DNA from: a virus
DNA: 63,976 nucleotides
Direction: 5' to 3' (one strand)
Virus record (IMG/VR): IMGVR_UViG_3300027740_000001
Coordinates: 1 to 63,976 of that record
Shown: positions 1 to 9,673 of the stretch, piece after piece
How positions within the stretch are numbered: position 1 is the stretch's first letter
How the letters are laid out: every line of letters starts with the position of its first letter
Notes under the pieces: model-generated
Databases searched by the model: none
Seen by the model: the letters and a program-made list of their open reading frames with translations, nothing else
Told to the model about the DNA's origin: nothing
Program-made: the position numbers and the translations under genes

Positions 1-127
1 GAGTCAAGGAAGATCCAGCGAGATTTTGCAATGCAGGCCCTTGACAAGGTTTTCGCTCCAAGACTTAAGGAATATCAAGACTCGGTAATGAGTGGCATGC
101 CAAGAACACCAGAACAACAGGTACAGT
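1..127. repeat. Left copy of exact 127-bp terminal overlap (identical to 63850..63976)
   Basis: Base-by-base comparison of both ends shows 127/127 identity. Identity ends at 128 and 63849. Confidence 0.95.
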
Positions 128-291
128 TTAACAAGCTTATGAAAGATCACGATAATGCTATTGCAAATATCGATAATCAGTTTCCCGAGGAAGGTGCTAC
201 GCGCAAATTTGAAGATGGTCGTGTTGGTCGTTTTACAAATGGTAAGTGGGTAGATATTACAGAACAATCACGTGGTGTAGTCGGAGGGTAA
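1..291 (+). CDS. 3' part of the wrap-around CDS that starts at 62977 (internal-virion-like, coiled-coil-rich protein, 387 aa when joined)
   Basis: Frame 1 is open from base 1 to the stop at 289..291. It is the same frame as the ORF running off the right end once the 127-bp overlap is collapsed. Confidence 0.8.
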   Translation, partial: ESRKIQRDFAMQALDKVFAPRLKEYQDSVMSGMPRTPEQQVQFNKLMKDHDNAIANIDNQFPEEGATRKFEDGRVGRFTNGKWVDITEQSRGVVGG

Positions 292-294
292 TTA

Positions 295-3200
295 ATGTCA
301 ATTCTTGACGAGCTTAACGCCGAACTCGGTCTCGACGAAGAGTCTCCAGCCATAGGAAGTCCGGAAGAACGTGAATTAGCATTAGAAGCTGCCGACCTTC
401 CATCGTTAGTTCCAACAGAAATTTCTGACCTAAGCGCATTTGTCCCACCGGTAGAATCTCCCGCATCTGTTTCGCCTGGTATTATCAATGCCCCGTCTAT
501 TCCAAAACTAACATCTACATCTGCGATAGCTGGATCTGCTCCGGAAACTGGGAAGATCTATCGTACAGCTATGCAAACGCTCGGTCAGTATCCCGACACC
601 ATTGAATCCGCCAACGCTGAACTTGGTGGTGTTGCGTTAGAGCCAAAAAAGCCATACGCAACACCTCTTCCGGAAACCATTCAGGAAAGTAGCATAGATC
701 GTGCAAACCGTGAATTACAATATGGTTCTCCACTAAAGATGGGCGATACAAGAGATACGCAGTCTCCCAGACTCCTGATGCCATCTTTTTATGATACAGA
801 AATACCACCAGATCCAGAAAAGCCTCGAAAAGGTATTATCACGGAAGCCCTGCATGCACCAGTGTACGGTGTTGCGCAGCTTGGTCAGATTGCGGCAGGA
901 CTTACAGCAATAGCCGGTGAAGCGTTTAACTCTGACGCAATCACAGAACTTGCTAAAAACATGTATAATAAATCTACGGAATTCATGGAACCGTTTAAAC
1001 CAACGGTTCAGGACATCCGTGATATAGGTGGTATTGGTGATGCTACGCGATGGGCTGTGTCATCAATCGGTCAGATGCTTCCGTTTATGATCGGTACAAT
1101 GGGTGCCGGTGCTGCTATTAAAACGCTAATCACACATACCCTCGGTAGGTCAATTGCAAGGAAAGCTGCTACCACAGCAATTTCAAGAGGATTGGCCGAC
1201 ATGTCGGTTAAAGAATCAATCGGAAAGGCAATGACCGATCTTGGCATTAAGGCCGGCATGGGTGGTATGGCTGCTGCTACCATTGGCGCTGAGGCCGGTA
1301 TTATTTCTTCTGACAGACTGACAAACGGGCTAAAAGTTCTATCGTCTGATTTGCTATGGGCTATTCCAGCCGGTATGCTCGATGTTATTCCTGAATGGAG
1401 ATTGGCTTCCAAGCTGAACCTATTCGGTAAGCGTATCTCCAATATAGCGATGCGAGATGGAATTGATGTTGCCAGAAACACTTTTGTAAAAGAATTTGGC
1501 AAGCAAGCACTACTCGAAGGTATAACTGAAGGCTGGCAGGAAATTCTTGAAGAGGCTGGTGCTGGACGCAAGCCATTTACATACGACACAATGTGGCAGG
1601 CCATCAATGCATTTATGGCGGCAGGGCTGGCTGGTGGTGTTATGGGTGCTGGGGTCAATTTACTCACCAGAACCCCATCCACTCCAACCGCTGAAACCAT
1701 TACACCAAAGCTTGGCGAACCTGGGTTTATCGGTCCGATGGTTCCGGGTATCGAAACATATGCACCTACCACGTTAGCTCTTCCACCAGGACAGGGATTT
1801 ACATTAGTTGATAAACCAGGGTCCGTTCTACATAAGGCTTGGAATGTCCCACCAGAAGCTCCCGCTCCAGAAATCTTTACACTCCAGGAAGGTCGTTATC
1901 GTCCACCTGGAAAAGAGCGTCCAACCGAACGTCCCGGATGGATGGGGCCGATGGAAGAATACTACGATATGCTTCGTCCAACCAAGGGTGAAGGGTTTGT
2001 TACCGTACCAACCCGTAAGACACCACCCGCTCCGACAGAGGTTATTTCACGTGGTGCCCAGGATCTTATTAACTCACAAGAATGGGCTCCTCTTCAGGAC
2101 ATGTGGAATAAACTCGTTATGGGTAAACGAGAAACCCCACAATTAATTTGGGGTGGTCAATATCCACAGCACCTATTGTACAACGAACGTGAGGGAGCAC
2201 GTGGATTTCAATCTCCGTGGGTTGATACTGAAATTACAGAGTCTGGACATATAGTTCATACCGACTTTGATGGTGGTAAACTCGAATCGTTATTCGATAA
2301 GGATATGACTGCTGGTACGGAATTTGTTCCGGTGAAATATACTGCCCCGAATGGAGATTCGACTATACTTCGAAAGGGACAGGTGCTTCCACAACCATTA
2401 ATAGATACCATTCAGACCTACCTGTCAACACGTCAACGGGTACTCGGTGAAACATCCATTACCACTAAAGCTCCTCCCCCGCTTGGATTACCAGCACCCG
2501 TTGCAGTTACACCACCAGTTGTTGAAGGACTTATTTATAATGGTATTCAGAATGTTCCTGGTGAACCAGATCTTTATACGTTTACTGAAAAAAGTAGTGG
2601 TGGTACATTTATGACCAAAGATGTTACCACCGAACATCTTATGAGGGAACGTGATCGGGTAAGGAGTGCATTTGAAGAACCAGATGTTAAAGATGCTATA
2701 GATAACGATTTAAAATTCGACATACTAAAAAGTACAAGAGAACAGGCAGGGCCAGCATACGAGAAGTATGGTACTGGTCAAGAAATTTCATACAAAGGTG
2801 AAATCGGATGGAGAATTAACGAGTCTGGTGATACACCAGGAACATGGACAATCTTTAGGTCTGACAAACCGGGTCAGTTGGTCGATGCTAAAGAGAATGA
2901 GATTTCCGTACCACCACGGGAAGAAATTGTTCCGGAGGTGAAAGAAACCGTAGACCGTATTCCTGGTTTTCAAAAGTTTATGGTGTTTTCCGAAGATGGA
3001 CGGCTTAGCTTGCGTGCAGGTTCCGTTGAAGAACAGGTTACCCATCGTGTGGTTGGTGGTCGGATGGAACTTGGTGCTATTTTCGGACTTGTTGGTGAGG
3101 TATGGGTTGATGCACATACGAATGAGGTGTATAGTCTGTCCATGTACGACAGGAAGCTACGCGGTGAAGATGTGCGTGGCATCCCGATGGACAAACTGGA

Positions 3201-6200
3201 TGGAATTCAGGTTGAGGGATGGAAGAGCGAGATTGCAAAGATCGACCCGAAGTTTGATATTAGTGAACGGTTAGGGCCTGGTCCTATCTTCTATAGTCAG
3301 GCAGAACGGGTAATCACAGAAAAAATGTCTGGATCGATGTCGTCTACACAGATAGCAAACATGCTTCGTAATTCTGGTGTTAAGCCAGACGAGATGAGGT
3401 GGACCGGACTTGATGAGCTTCTTAAACAGCCCAAGAATTATACCAAACAAGAGGTGTTGGATTATCTGAGAGAGAGTCAGGTTGAGATAAGAGAGGTTTT
3501 GCATCAAACTGCGGCAGATGGCACTATTACCGGTGAAGAACGTGCCGGCATAATGCCTACTAAGTTTGCACAATGGCAACTTCCAGGTGGAGAGAATTAC
3601 AGGGAGTTGTTGTTGACGATGCCTTATGACAAGCAGATGGAGGGGTATAAAATCGTACATCCTGCACGACAAGGAAACATAGAGTATCGTTCTTCCCACT
3701 GGGATGAACCCAACGTTCTCGCCCACATCCGATTCAACGACCGAGTGGATGCGCAAGGCAAGAGGGTACTCTTCATCGAGGAAGTGCAGAGTGATTGGCA
3801 TCAGGCGGGGAGGGAGAAGGGATATCAAGGCCAACTTCCCAATGGTTTTACTGTACAAAAAGAGCAAAATGCATTCAGGGTAATTTCTCCCGATGGACAT
3901 CCAGTAAGCGGGGCAATGGGGTATACAGAGTCAGAAGCCATTAAGAATTATGGAACGATGAATGCTAATGTTCCCCCTGCTCCCTTCTCCAAAACCTGGC
4001 ATGAGATGGCTATGCGTCGTATGGTACGATGGGCATCAGAGAATGGATATGACAAGATTGCGTGGACTACTGGGGAACAGCAGGCGGCAAGGTATAATTT
4101 GAGTAAACAGATTGATAAATTGGATTGGAATAAGAAAGGGGATATTTATCAGTTAATTGCCAGCAGGGACGGGAACGTAAAATTGGATGAGAGCGTTCCA
4201 CTTGGGAAATTAGCAGATTTCGTTGGTAAGGAGGTGGCAGCTAAGATCACAGCAGGAAAAGGAAGTGAGGGTGTTCCTGGTTACATTACAAGTGTCTATG
4301 GAGAAGGGAATGTTGGTAGTCTCTCCAGTCTCGACCTCAAGGTGGGTGGCGAAGGCATGAAGGGTTTCTATGACAAGATCCTCCCAGAGTACATGAATAA
4401 GTTTGGGAAGAAGTGGGGAGCTAAGGTTGAAACCATTAACATAAATACCGGTCAACTTAGAACACCTGCCGAGTCTCCGTTTGAAGAAAAATGGCCTGGA
4501 GGTAAAACAGAAAAAGTTCATTCCCTCGACATCACTCCCGCCATGGCCGAATCAGTTCTCCAGGGTCAACCGATGTTCCGTACTGGTCAACCAGTAACCG
4601 GTATCACAAAGGAGCAAGCATGGCAAGTAGTAAACGACCTCCAACTCAAAATACCGCAAGGTACATTACGGTTTGAAATCTTAAACTCAAAGGACGAGAT
4701 TCCTCCAGAGGTAATGCGAAAACTTGCTCGTGCCCCAAGTCCAAGATCGCGTGGAATGTATGTTAGGTCAGACCCAATTCCGATGGTGTATATATTTGCA
4801 AACAATAACGCAAACGCTGCAGAATTAGAGAAGACAATATTTCATGAAACATTGGGCCACTTCGGGTTCGAAAGATTAGTTGGACCAGAACGCATAAAAG
4901 CCGTTACAAGGATGGTTCTGGATACCTACGGACACGAAGAGCTTGGTTATCTCTACCGAAGGTACGGTGTAACTCCCGGAACAAAGGATGGTGACTACGT
5001 TGTCTCACTCGAAAAGATTGCAGAAATTGCCGAGACCGGATCTAACCCTACATTATGGCAGCGTATCGTTGTATGGTTCAAGGAAATTATGGCAGACATA
5101 TTTGGCAATGAGGCTGTTGGTAAGCTAACGGAAGACGAAATAAAGGTCTATCTGTGGAGATCCCGTGAACTAATTCAGCAGCAAAACGTTCCATCGATGG
5201 GGCAGGTTTATAACTCAATGACCAAGCTTATATCCATGCGTATGTGGAACATGCAACTTCCAGATGGACCTACAGGTGTTGGTTCGTTCATGCGTGAAGA
5301 CTCATCTCCATCTGACGAGAATACTGCACGAAACCTTGGTGGGTTCATGTCATGGTTTCGCGCCCACAAAGAACGTAATAAAAACTTTGGGTATGGCGTA
5401 TTAAAAGATCTCGGTATTGTCGAAGCTATTGGGTCTCTTCCGCATTGGATTTCAATGAAATTTCCATCGTTCAAAAGCGTTGTAAGCGTACAATGGGATA
5501 GGGAAGATAAGCGTAACCGTGACAGGCTTCACTTACTACAAGATCCCAGCACAAACGCTGGGGATAATCCATACATAGCACAGAAAAATACTGAAGCTAT
5601 TGACAAGATTGTAGTATGGTCCGACCAAAATGATACCTACCTACAAGATGATCAGCTTCAGGGCAAATCACGAGAACTAAATGGTCGCAACCTTACAACC
5701 AAAGAGGTTTCTGCATACCACGGATGGAAAGCTGGGTTTGACCGTGCTGTAAGTTATGCCATCGATAAGCTTCGCCAATCAGCCACGAAGCTTTACTCCG
5801 ATCAACCATGGTTCGAACAATTTAAAGGTGTGATTGACAACACCATAGATCAATCTACCGTTGTGCTCGATCCAGATCAGCTAAAGGATTTTCAGAAGGC
5901 TATTACAAAAACCGCTGAACGTATGAATCGTATTGCAGAACGTGAAAAACAATTAAAGTCAATGAACTTCTATGTACCTCATATTCGCGGTAGGGGTGAA
6001 TATGTTGTACGTGTGTTTGATACAGATGAGAATGGTAAACCGGTTCGTGTTTGGGTAGAACGATTTGAAAATTCAACAAAAGCCGAAGCTGGACGTATCA
6101 GGCTAAAAGCAGATTACGCTGGGCTCGCTATCGAAAAAACATACGAACCGCGTACAAGTGAGTTTGTGTATGGTGGCTTAGACGTTCCGGCTATGGAAGC

Positions 6201-7986
6201 ATTTCTGGAAAAAGCCACAGAGAAGGCTAAGGATAAGTTTGGCGTTGACGAAACTGCTGTTGATAAACTTATGGATGCCGTATATAAGGCCATCGACGAA
6301 GAGATTATGGCACGCGGGTTCAGACAACACTATATTCATCGTCACCAGGGAAGGGTTATAGGTGGGTATCGTACCGAAGGTCTTCATCAAGTATTCTTCG
6401 ACTACATGTCAGGCCTTGCCGGTAGCATGACGAAGCTCGACGCAACCTATGATTTTCACAAAGCGCTTCAGTCTATTGATAAGGTGAATGAACGTGGTGT
6501 ATATGAATATGCTACACGATACGTTCGTGATATGTTGCGTAATAAGGATGCAATGGACAGAAAGTTAAACGCATTCAAAACAATTCCGTATGCATGGTAC
6601 CTGTCTGCAAATCTCAGGCTCGCCGTTACACAGATGTTCCAGAACGCAGTTACAGCATACCCGATCCTGGCAAGGTTGCAACAGGAAAGCGGAGTTAAGG
6701 GAAGTGCAGCACTTCGCCTGGAAAAAGCCATGCAGGATATTACCAAGTATTCTGCGGGCATGAAGGGGGCAGTTTCGGAAATAGAATTAAAAATGCTTCA
6801 GGATGCTTACGAGCAGGGTGAAACACTGGCGAACTACATCAACGAGATGAAGGGTAAGGTAGAGGGTAATTGGGCTAAGACGTATTTTATGAAGCTTCTT
6901 GATGTTGTGTCTATCCCATTTGCAGGTATGGAACGGTTCAACCGCAGAACATCTCTCCTTGCTGCATTCAGAATGTATACGGAGGCTGGAAAACCATACG
7001 GAGAAGCATTTGAACTTTCAAAGGAATTCGTTCGTCATGCACATTACGCATATGGCCTAAGCAATTTTCCGCAACTGATGCGGGATGGAACACCATTCTC
7101 GAAGATAGCTGGTATGGCGTATGTGTTTAAAAGCTTCCCTCACAACTATGTACTATCTATGCTACATTTTGCCAAGGATAAGGATGGAAAACTCGCGCTC
7201 GGTGTCATGATGCGGTCGATAGCGATGCTGGCAATCCTTGGAGGCCTTACAGCCGTACCGTTTCTCGATGACATTCTTGAGGAATACGAACAACTATCGG
7301 GAGATCCCGTTAGGTCCAAGATGCGAATTGCCATGAAGAAGTACGGTGGTGACATGCTTGGACAGGTAGGCATGGAAGGTTTACCAGCGTTGGCTGGAGT
7401 TGACATGTCGGGAACCGTAAAGATGCAAATACCGATCCCCGGAATAGGTGAGTTCGATCCAAGTACCTTCACCATGGGGGTTTGGGGTGGACTGATCGAC
7501 AAGGGCAAACGTGCTATAGAGTTTGCGTCCGATAGCCAATGGGCCAGAGCAATCGAGGCCGGAGCACCAGTTGGTGTAGAAATGATGCTTAAGGCTCGCA
7601 GGATGGCCAAGGAGGGCCTTAAAACTGCTGGCGAGCGTGACATACTGGATGTTTCCGGAAAGCCCATTATGCCCACAATGTACGAGACTGGAGCCCAGGT
7701 AGCTGGGTTTAGGCCAGAGAGAATTGCCGAGGTTCAAAAGGAACGCCGGGTAGCCCAGAATATTAAGGAAAGGTTTTCTCGGCAACGAGATGATATCAGA
7801 AAGAGACTACGGAGAGCATCTACGCAAAAAGACTTCGAAGGTATAAGGAAAGATATCGAGAAGTATAATCTTCACGTTATGAAATACAGAGGTGTAATAC
7901 CAAGGATTAGTTCACAATCACTTAAGTCTGCGCTCAAACCAGAAACAGGATATATGAAGTATGGTATGGTAGAAGGGGAGTTTTAA
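295..7986 (+). CDS. Giant 2563-aa polyvalent virion/ejected protein: Gly/Ala-rich membrane-helix region, HExxH metallopeptidase-like module, PLxRFG-like C-terminal domain
   Basis: Uninterrupted ORF whose ATG lies 3 nt after the previous stop. HETLGH is at 4843..4860 and EEVQSDWHQ at 3781..3807. YVPHIRGRGEY at 5971..6003 resembles the PLxRFG signature. Hydrophobic Gly-zipper stretches occur in aa about 255-470 and near the C-terminus. It is the last gene of the structural block. Confidence 0.85.
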   Translation: MSILDELNAELGLDEESPAIGSPEERELALEAADLPSLVPTEISDLSAFVPPVESPASVSPGIINAPSIPKLTSTSAIAGSAPETGKIYRTAMQTLGQYPDTIESANAELGGVALEPKKPYATPLPETIQESSIDRANRELQYGSPLKMGDTRDTQSPRLLMPSFYDTEIPPDPEKPRKGIITEALHAPVYGVAQLGQIAAGLTAIAGEAFNSDAITELAKNMYNKSTEFMEPFKPTVQDIRDIGGIGDATRWAVSSIGQMLPFMIGTMGAGAAIKTLITHTLGRSIARKAATTAISRGLADMSVKESIGKAMTDLGIKAGMGGMAAATIGAEAGIISSDRLTNGLKVLSSDLLWAIPAGMLDVIPEWRLASKLNLFGKRISNIAMRDGIDVARNTFVKEFGKQALLEGITEGWQEILEEAGAGRKPFTYDTMWQAINAFMAAGLAGGVMGAGVNLLTRTPSTPTAETITPKLGEPGFIGPMVPGIETYAPTTLALPPGQGFTLVDKPGSVLHKAWNVPPEAPAPEIFTLQEGRYRPPGKERPTERPGWMGPMEEYYDMLRPTKGEGFVTVPTRKTPPAPTEVISRGAQDLINSQEWAPLQDMWNKLVMGKRETPQLIWGGQYPQHLLYNEREGARGFQSPWVDTEITESGHIVHTDFDGGKLESLFDKDMTAGTEFVPVKYTAPNGDSTILRKGQVLPQPLIDTIQTYLSTRQRVLGETSITTKAPPPLGLPAPVAVTPPVVEGLIYNGIQNVPGEPDLYTFTEKSSGGTFMTKDVTTEHLMRERDRVRSAFEEPDVKDAIDNDLKFDILKSTREQAGPAYEKYGTGQEISYKGEIGWRINESGDTPGTWTIFRSDKPGQLVDAKENEISVPPREEIVPEVKETVDRIPGFQKFMVFSEDGRLSLRAGSVEEQVTHRVVGGRMELGAIFGLVGEVWVDAHTNEVYSLSMYDRKLRGEDVRGIPMDKLDGIQVEGWKSEIAKIDPKFDISERLGPGPIFYSQAERVITEKMSGSMSSTQIANMLRNSGVKPDEMRWTGLDELLKQPKNYTKQEVLDYLRESQVEIREVLHQTAADGTITGEERAGIMPTKFAQWQLPGGENYRELLLTMPYDKQMEGYKIVHPARQGNIEYRSSHWDEPNVLAHIRFNDRVDAQGKRVLFIEEVQSDWHQAGREKGYQGQLPNGFTVQKEQNAFRVISPDGHPVSGAMGYTESEAIKNYGTMNANVPPAPFSKTWHEMAMRRMVRWASENGYDKIAWTTGEQQAARYNLSKQIDKLDWNKKGDIYQLIASRDGNVKLDESVPLGKLADFVGKEVAAKITAGKGSEGVPGYITSVYGEGNVGSLSSLDLKVGGEGMKGFYDKILPEYMNKFGKKWGAKVETININTGQLRTPAESPFEEKWPGGKTEKVHSLDITPAMAESVLQGQPMFRTGQPVTGITKEQAWQVVNDLQLKIPQGTLRFEILNSKDEIPPEVMRKLARAPSPRSRGMYVRSDPIPMVYIFANNNANAAELEKTIFHETLGHFGFERLVGPERIKAVTRMVLDTYGHEELGYLYRRYGVTPGTKDGDYVVSLEKIAEIAETGSNPTLWQRIVVWFKEIMADIFGNEAVGKLTEDEIKVYLWRSRELIQQQNVPSMGQVYNSMTKLISMRMWNMQLPDGPTGVGSFMREDSSPSDENTARNLGGFMSWFRAHKERNKNFGYGVLKDLGIVEAIGSLPHWISMKFPSFKSVVSVQWDREDKRNRDRLHLLQDPSTNAGDNPYIAQKNTEAIDKIVVWSDQNDTYLQDDQLQGKSRELNGRNLTTKEVSAYHGWKAGFDRAVSYAIDKLRQSATKLYSDQPWFEQFKGVIDNTIDQSTVVLDPDQLKDFQKAITKTAERMNRIAEREKQLKSMNFYVPHIRGRGEYVVRVFDTDENGKPVRVWVERFENSTKAEAGRIRLKADYAGLAIEKTYEPRTSEFVYGGLDVPAMEAFLEKATEKAKDKFGVDETAVDKLMDAVYKAIDEEIMARGFRQHYIHRHQGRVIGGYRTEGLHQVFFDYMSGLAGSMTKLDATYDFHKALQSIDKVNERGVYEYATRYVRDMLRNKDAMDRKLNAFKTIPYAWYLSANLRLAVTQMFQNAVTAYPILARLQQESGVKGSAALRLEKAMQDITKYSAGMKGAVSEIELKMLQDAYEQGETLANYINEMKGKVEGNWAKTYFMKLLDVVSIPFAGMERFNRRTSLLAAFRMYTEAGKPYGEAFELSKEFVRHAHYAYGLSNFPQLMRDGTPFSKIAGMAYVFKSFPHNYVLSMLHFAKDKDGKLALGVMMRSIAMLAILGGLTAVPFLDDILEEYEQLSGDPVRSKMRIAMKKYGGDMLGQVGMEGLPALAGVDMSGTVKMQIPIPGIGEFDPSTFTMGVWGGLIDKGKRAIEFASDSQWARAIEAGAPVGVEMMLKARRMAKEGLKTAGERDILDVSGKPIMPTMYETGAQVAGFRPERIAEVQKERRVAQNIKERFSRQRDDIRKRLRRASTQKDFEGIRKDIEKYNLHVMKYRGVIPRISSQSLKSALKPETGYMKYGMVEGEF

Positions 7987-7987
7987 C

Positions 7988-8320
7988 ATGAAGAAGTGGT
8001 ACAAAAACCCAATTATTATAGGATTAATACTGGCAAGCATTGGATGGTTTAGTTATATTACTCGCAATGCCATACTATCTGAAGGTAGCGCCAGCGAATC
8101 AATGGTAAAACTGGAAGATAAGAGGATAGAGGCAAGGATTGACCATAACCAAAAGCTTGTTGACCAACAAATAGGGCAGGTGTGTGGTGCTGTGTCTGAA
8201 ATCAAGGGTATAATACAAGAACACGAGAAGTCACAAAAGGAACAGATTGACGGAATATATAAATTGTTAATTAAGTCTGCCAGGGAAAGTAAGGCGAGGG
8301 ATGATAAGAGGTCTAACTAA
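7988..8320 (+). CDS. Small N-terminally membrane-anchored coiled-coil protein
   Basis: ATG lies 1 nt after the giant gene stop. It has an N-terminal hydrophobic helix (IIIGLILASIGWFSYI) followed by a charged helical tail. Confidence 0.65.
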   Translation: MKKWYKNPIIIGLILASIGWFSYITRNAILSEGSASESMVKLEDKRIEARIDHNQKLVDQQIGQVCGAVSEIKGIIQEHEKSQKEQIDGIYKLLIKSARESKARDDKRSN

Positions 8321-8652
8321 AATGGAATGTCATCGCAGTCCCTGTTCCAATCCCAGTCTGGCAACGATTCCTTTTTAACGGCTACATACTTAACTGGTTC
8401 TGGTACTTGTGGTGCAAAAGCATCCAACTGAAGTACCTCTTCATATATCGCAATCCGAATATCACATGTTGGAAATTTTTCTTTCACCAAAAGCGCTGCA
8501 GTCTCGGCGCTTTTTTTATTGTTAAACTGCGTTGGTTTTGATAGGTTGGTTGCATGCCAGATGCCATCAGGTTCAACATGCATGCAGCCCTTCCACGGAC
8601 TAAACTTTTTGTTCTCAACAAGATCAGGATCTTTCTGAACAACGTATGTCAT
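8317..8652 (-). CDS. 111-aa protein ending in an SSB-like C-terminal tip (..DWDWNRDCDDIPF)
   Basis: Start moved to the ATG at 8652, which forms an ATGA overlap with the upstream stop. The C-terminal codons at 8320..8337 read C-D-D-I-P-F. The body does not look like an OB-fold SSB. Confidence 0.7.
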   Translation of the reverse strand: MTYVVQKDPDLVENKKFSPWKGCMHVEPDGIWHATNLSKPTQFNNKKSAETAALLVKEKFPTCDIRIAIYEEVLQLDAFAPQVPEPVKYVAVKKESLPDWDWNRDCDDIPF

Positions 8653-8897
8653 GCTCGTGCCCCCATACATCCCAACATAAGATTTTCCTCGCACGCATCA
8701 TATATCCACTCGGCAAGCGTCCTGGTTAAACTAAACATGCTTTTTCCGGTATACGTGTTAATGACCTTATATACAATGTCATCATCACCGTTCTTGTTGA
8801 TAATATTGTACGCTCTAAGCGTTACGTCACCCTCTTTAAAAGAAGTAGACTTAATGTCCATCCATGGCGTTCCATGTCCTACTGGATCTAATCCCAT
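8649..8897 (-). CDS. Hypothetical protein (82 aa)
   Basis: ATG at 8897 is preceded by GGAGG 9 nt upstream. The stop overlaps the next start as ATGA. Confidence 0.6.
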   Translation of the reverse strand: MGLDPVGHGTPWMDIKSTSFKEGDVTLRAYNIINKNGDDDIVYKVINTYTGKSMFSLTRTLAEWIYDACEENLMLGCMGARA

Positions 8898-9057
8898 TCT
8901 GAAATTCCTCCGTACAATCCCCACACCGATGTGGCGCTGGTATGCAATAGTCTCCCATAATTATATCACACGCTTTTGACAACTTACACTTCTGGTAGAT
9001 CTCAAGAAGCATCAGCCTTACGTTATCTCGTGTCTGGTCAAGCGGGTGTATCACCAT
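8851..9057 (-). CDS. Hypothetical Cys-rich protein (68 aa)
   Basis: ORF-track ORF with C-x5-C and C-x6-C-x2-C spacing. It overlaps the next gene by 47 nt and its start is uncertain. Confidence 0.35.
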   Translation of the reverse strand: MVIHPLDQTRDNVRLMLLEIYQKCKLSKACDIIMGDYCIPAPHRCGDCTEEFQNGIRSSRTWNAMDGH

Positions 9058-9319
9058 GTACCTCCGACATAATCTTTCTTGCCATCACAGAATCTCTACC
9101 ACCAAGTTCTGTCCATCTATCAGATATTAACTTAATTATTCCAACGCCACCTTGTGGTTCCTCAACGTAAACCTTGGTCTTCTTGTCTTTTACAAATATC
9201 GGTAATGGCAACAACAGAAACCACCGGTAGATTTGCTCACGATCTGCATGTTTAATTTGATCTGGAGTTGGGTAATTCAATTGCAACTTAAGCTTCCATG
9301 TTCTTTCTTGTCTATCCAT
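9038..9319 (-). CDS. Hypothetical protein (93 aa)
   Basis: ORF in a co-directional string. Its 5' end overlaps the tail of the frameshifted HNH-like reading frame. Confidence 0.5.
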   Translation of the reverse strand: MDRQERTWKLKLQLNYPTPDQIKHADREQIYRWFLLLPLPIFVKDKKTKVYVEEPQGGVGIIKLISDRWTELGGRDSVMARKIMSEVHGDTPA

Positions 9320-9673
9320 ACGCAGTTAGACTTACAATATGACTTATTCACATTTATTCTATGAATGCTCTGGTTGAAAGACCTTTCCCCCATGTCTGCA
9401 AGAAAATTCTCAAACCTTAACCATCTTTTACACACCGAAATTCCACCCCCACCCCCATAGGAGATACTTGCTTGCCATTGGATTTGTACATCTTTGTATC
9501 ATCATATGCCACGTAGAATAGATTGGTGTGTGCGTTCCTTGGGTAGCATGACCATGCGTTATACTGCTATGGCCACGAATAAATCTCATCGGTCTCCCCT
9601 TAACCCTATTAGTGGAGATATCATTTTTTGTGGCAATTTTTGTTAACTTTCCACATCCACATTCACATAACAT
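9267..9673 (-). pseudogene. HNH/homing-endonuclease-like gene split by a +1 frame change at a G-rich tract
   Basis: Frame A (9428..9673) reads MLCECGCG..FIRGH..YSTWHMMIQRCTNPMASKY and then stops. The +1 frame continues with SYGGGGGISVCKRWLRFENFLADMGERSFNQSIHRINVNKSYCKSNCVWIDKKEH and stops at 9267..9269. The joined sequence matches the common phage motif string Y.YGGRGI.VC..W..F..F..DMG..P...SIDRI. The frame change lies within 9443..9463 (CTCC TATGGGGGTGGGGGTGG). Confidence 0.7.

Noticed and set aside
177-7785. Many 60-230-aa minus-strand and off-frame ORFs inside 295..7986 (for example 1071..1772, 3271..3900, 7146..7676)
   Set aside because: They are fully embedded antisense or out of frame in one uninterrupted 2563-codon gene. 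They have low-complexity, Ser/Pro/Ile-rich translations and no SD sites. They are shadow ORFs.
295-7986. Giant protein as an N4-like virion RNA polymerase, which would make the 26-nt repeats hairpin promoters
   Set aside because: I could not find T7-like polymerase motifs (T/DxxGR, R-x3-K-x7-YG, catalytic Asp pairs in context). The 26-mer occurs only twice, within 2.5 kb.
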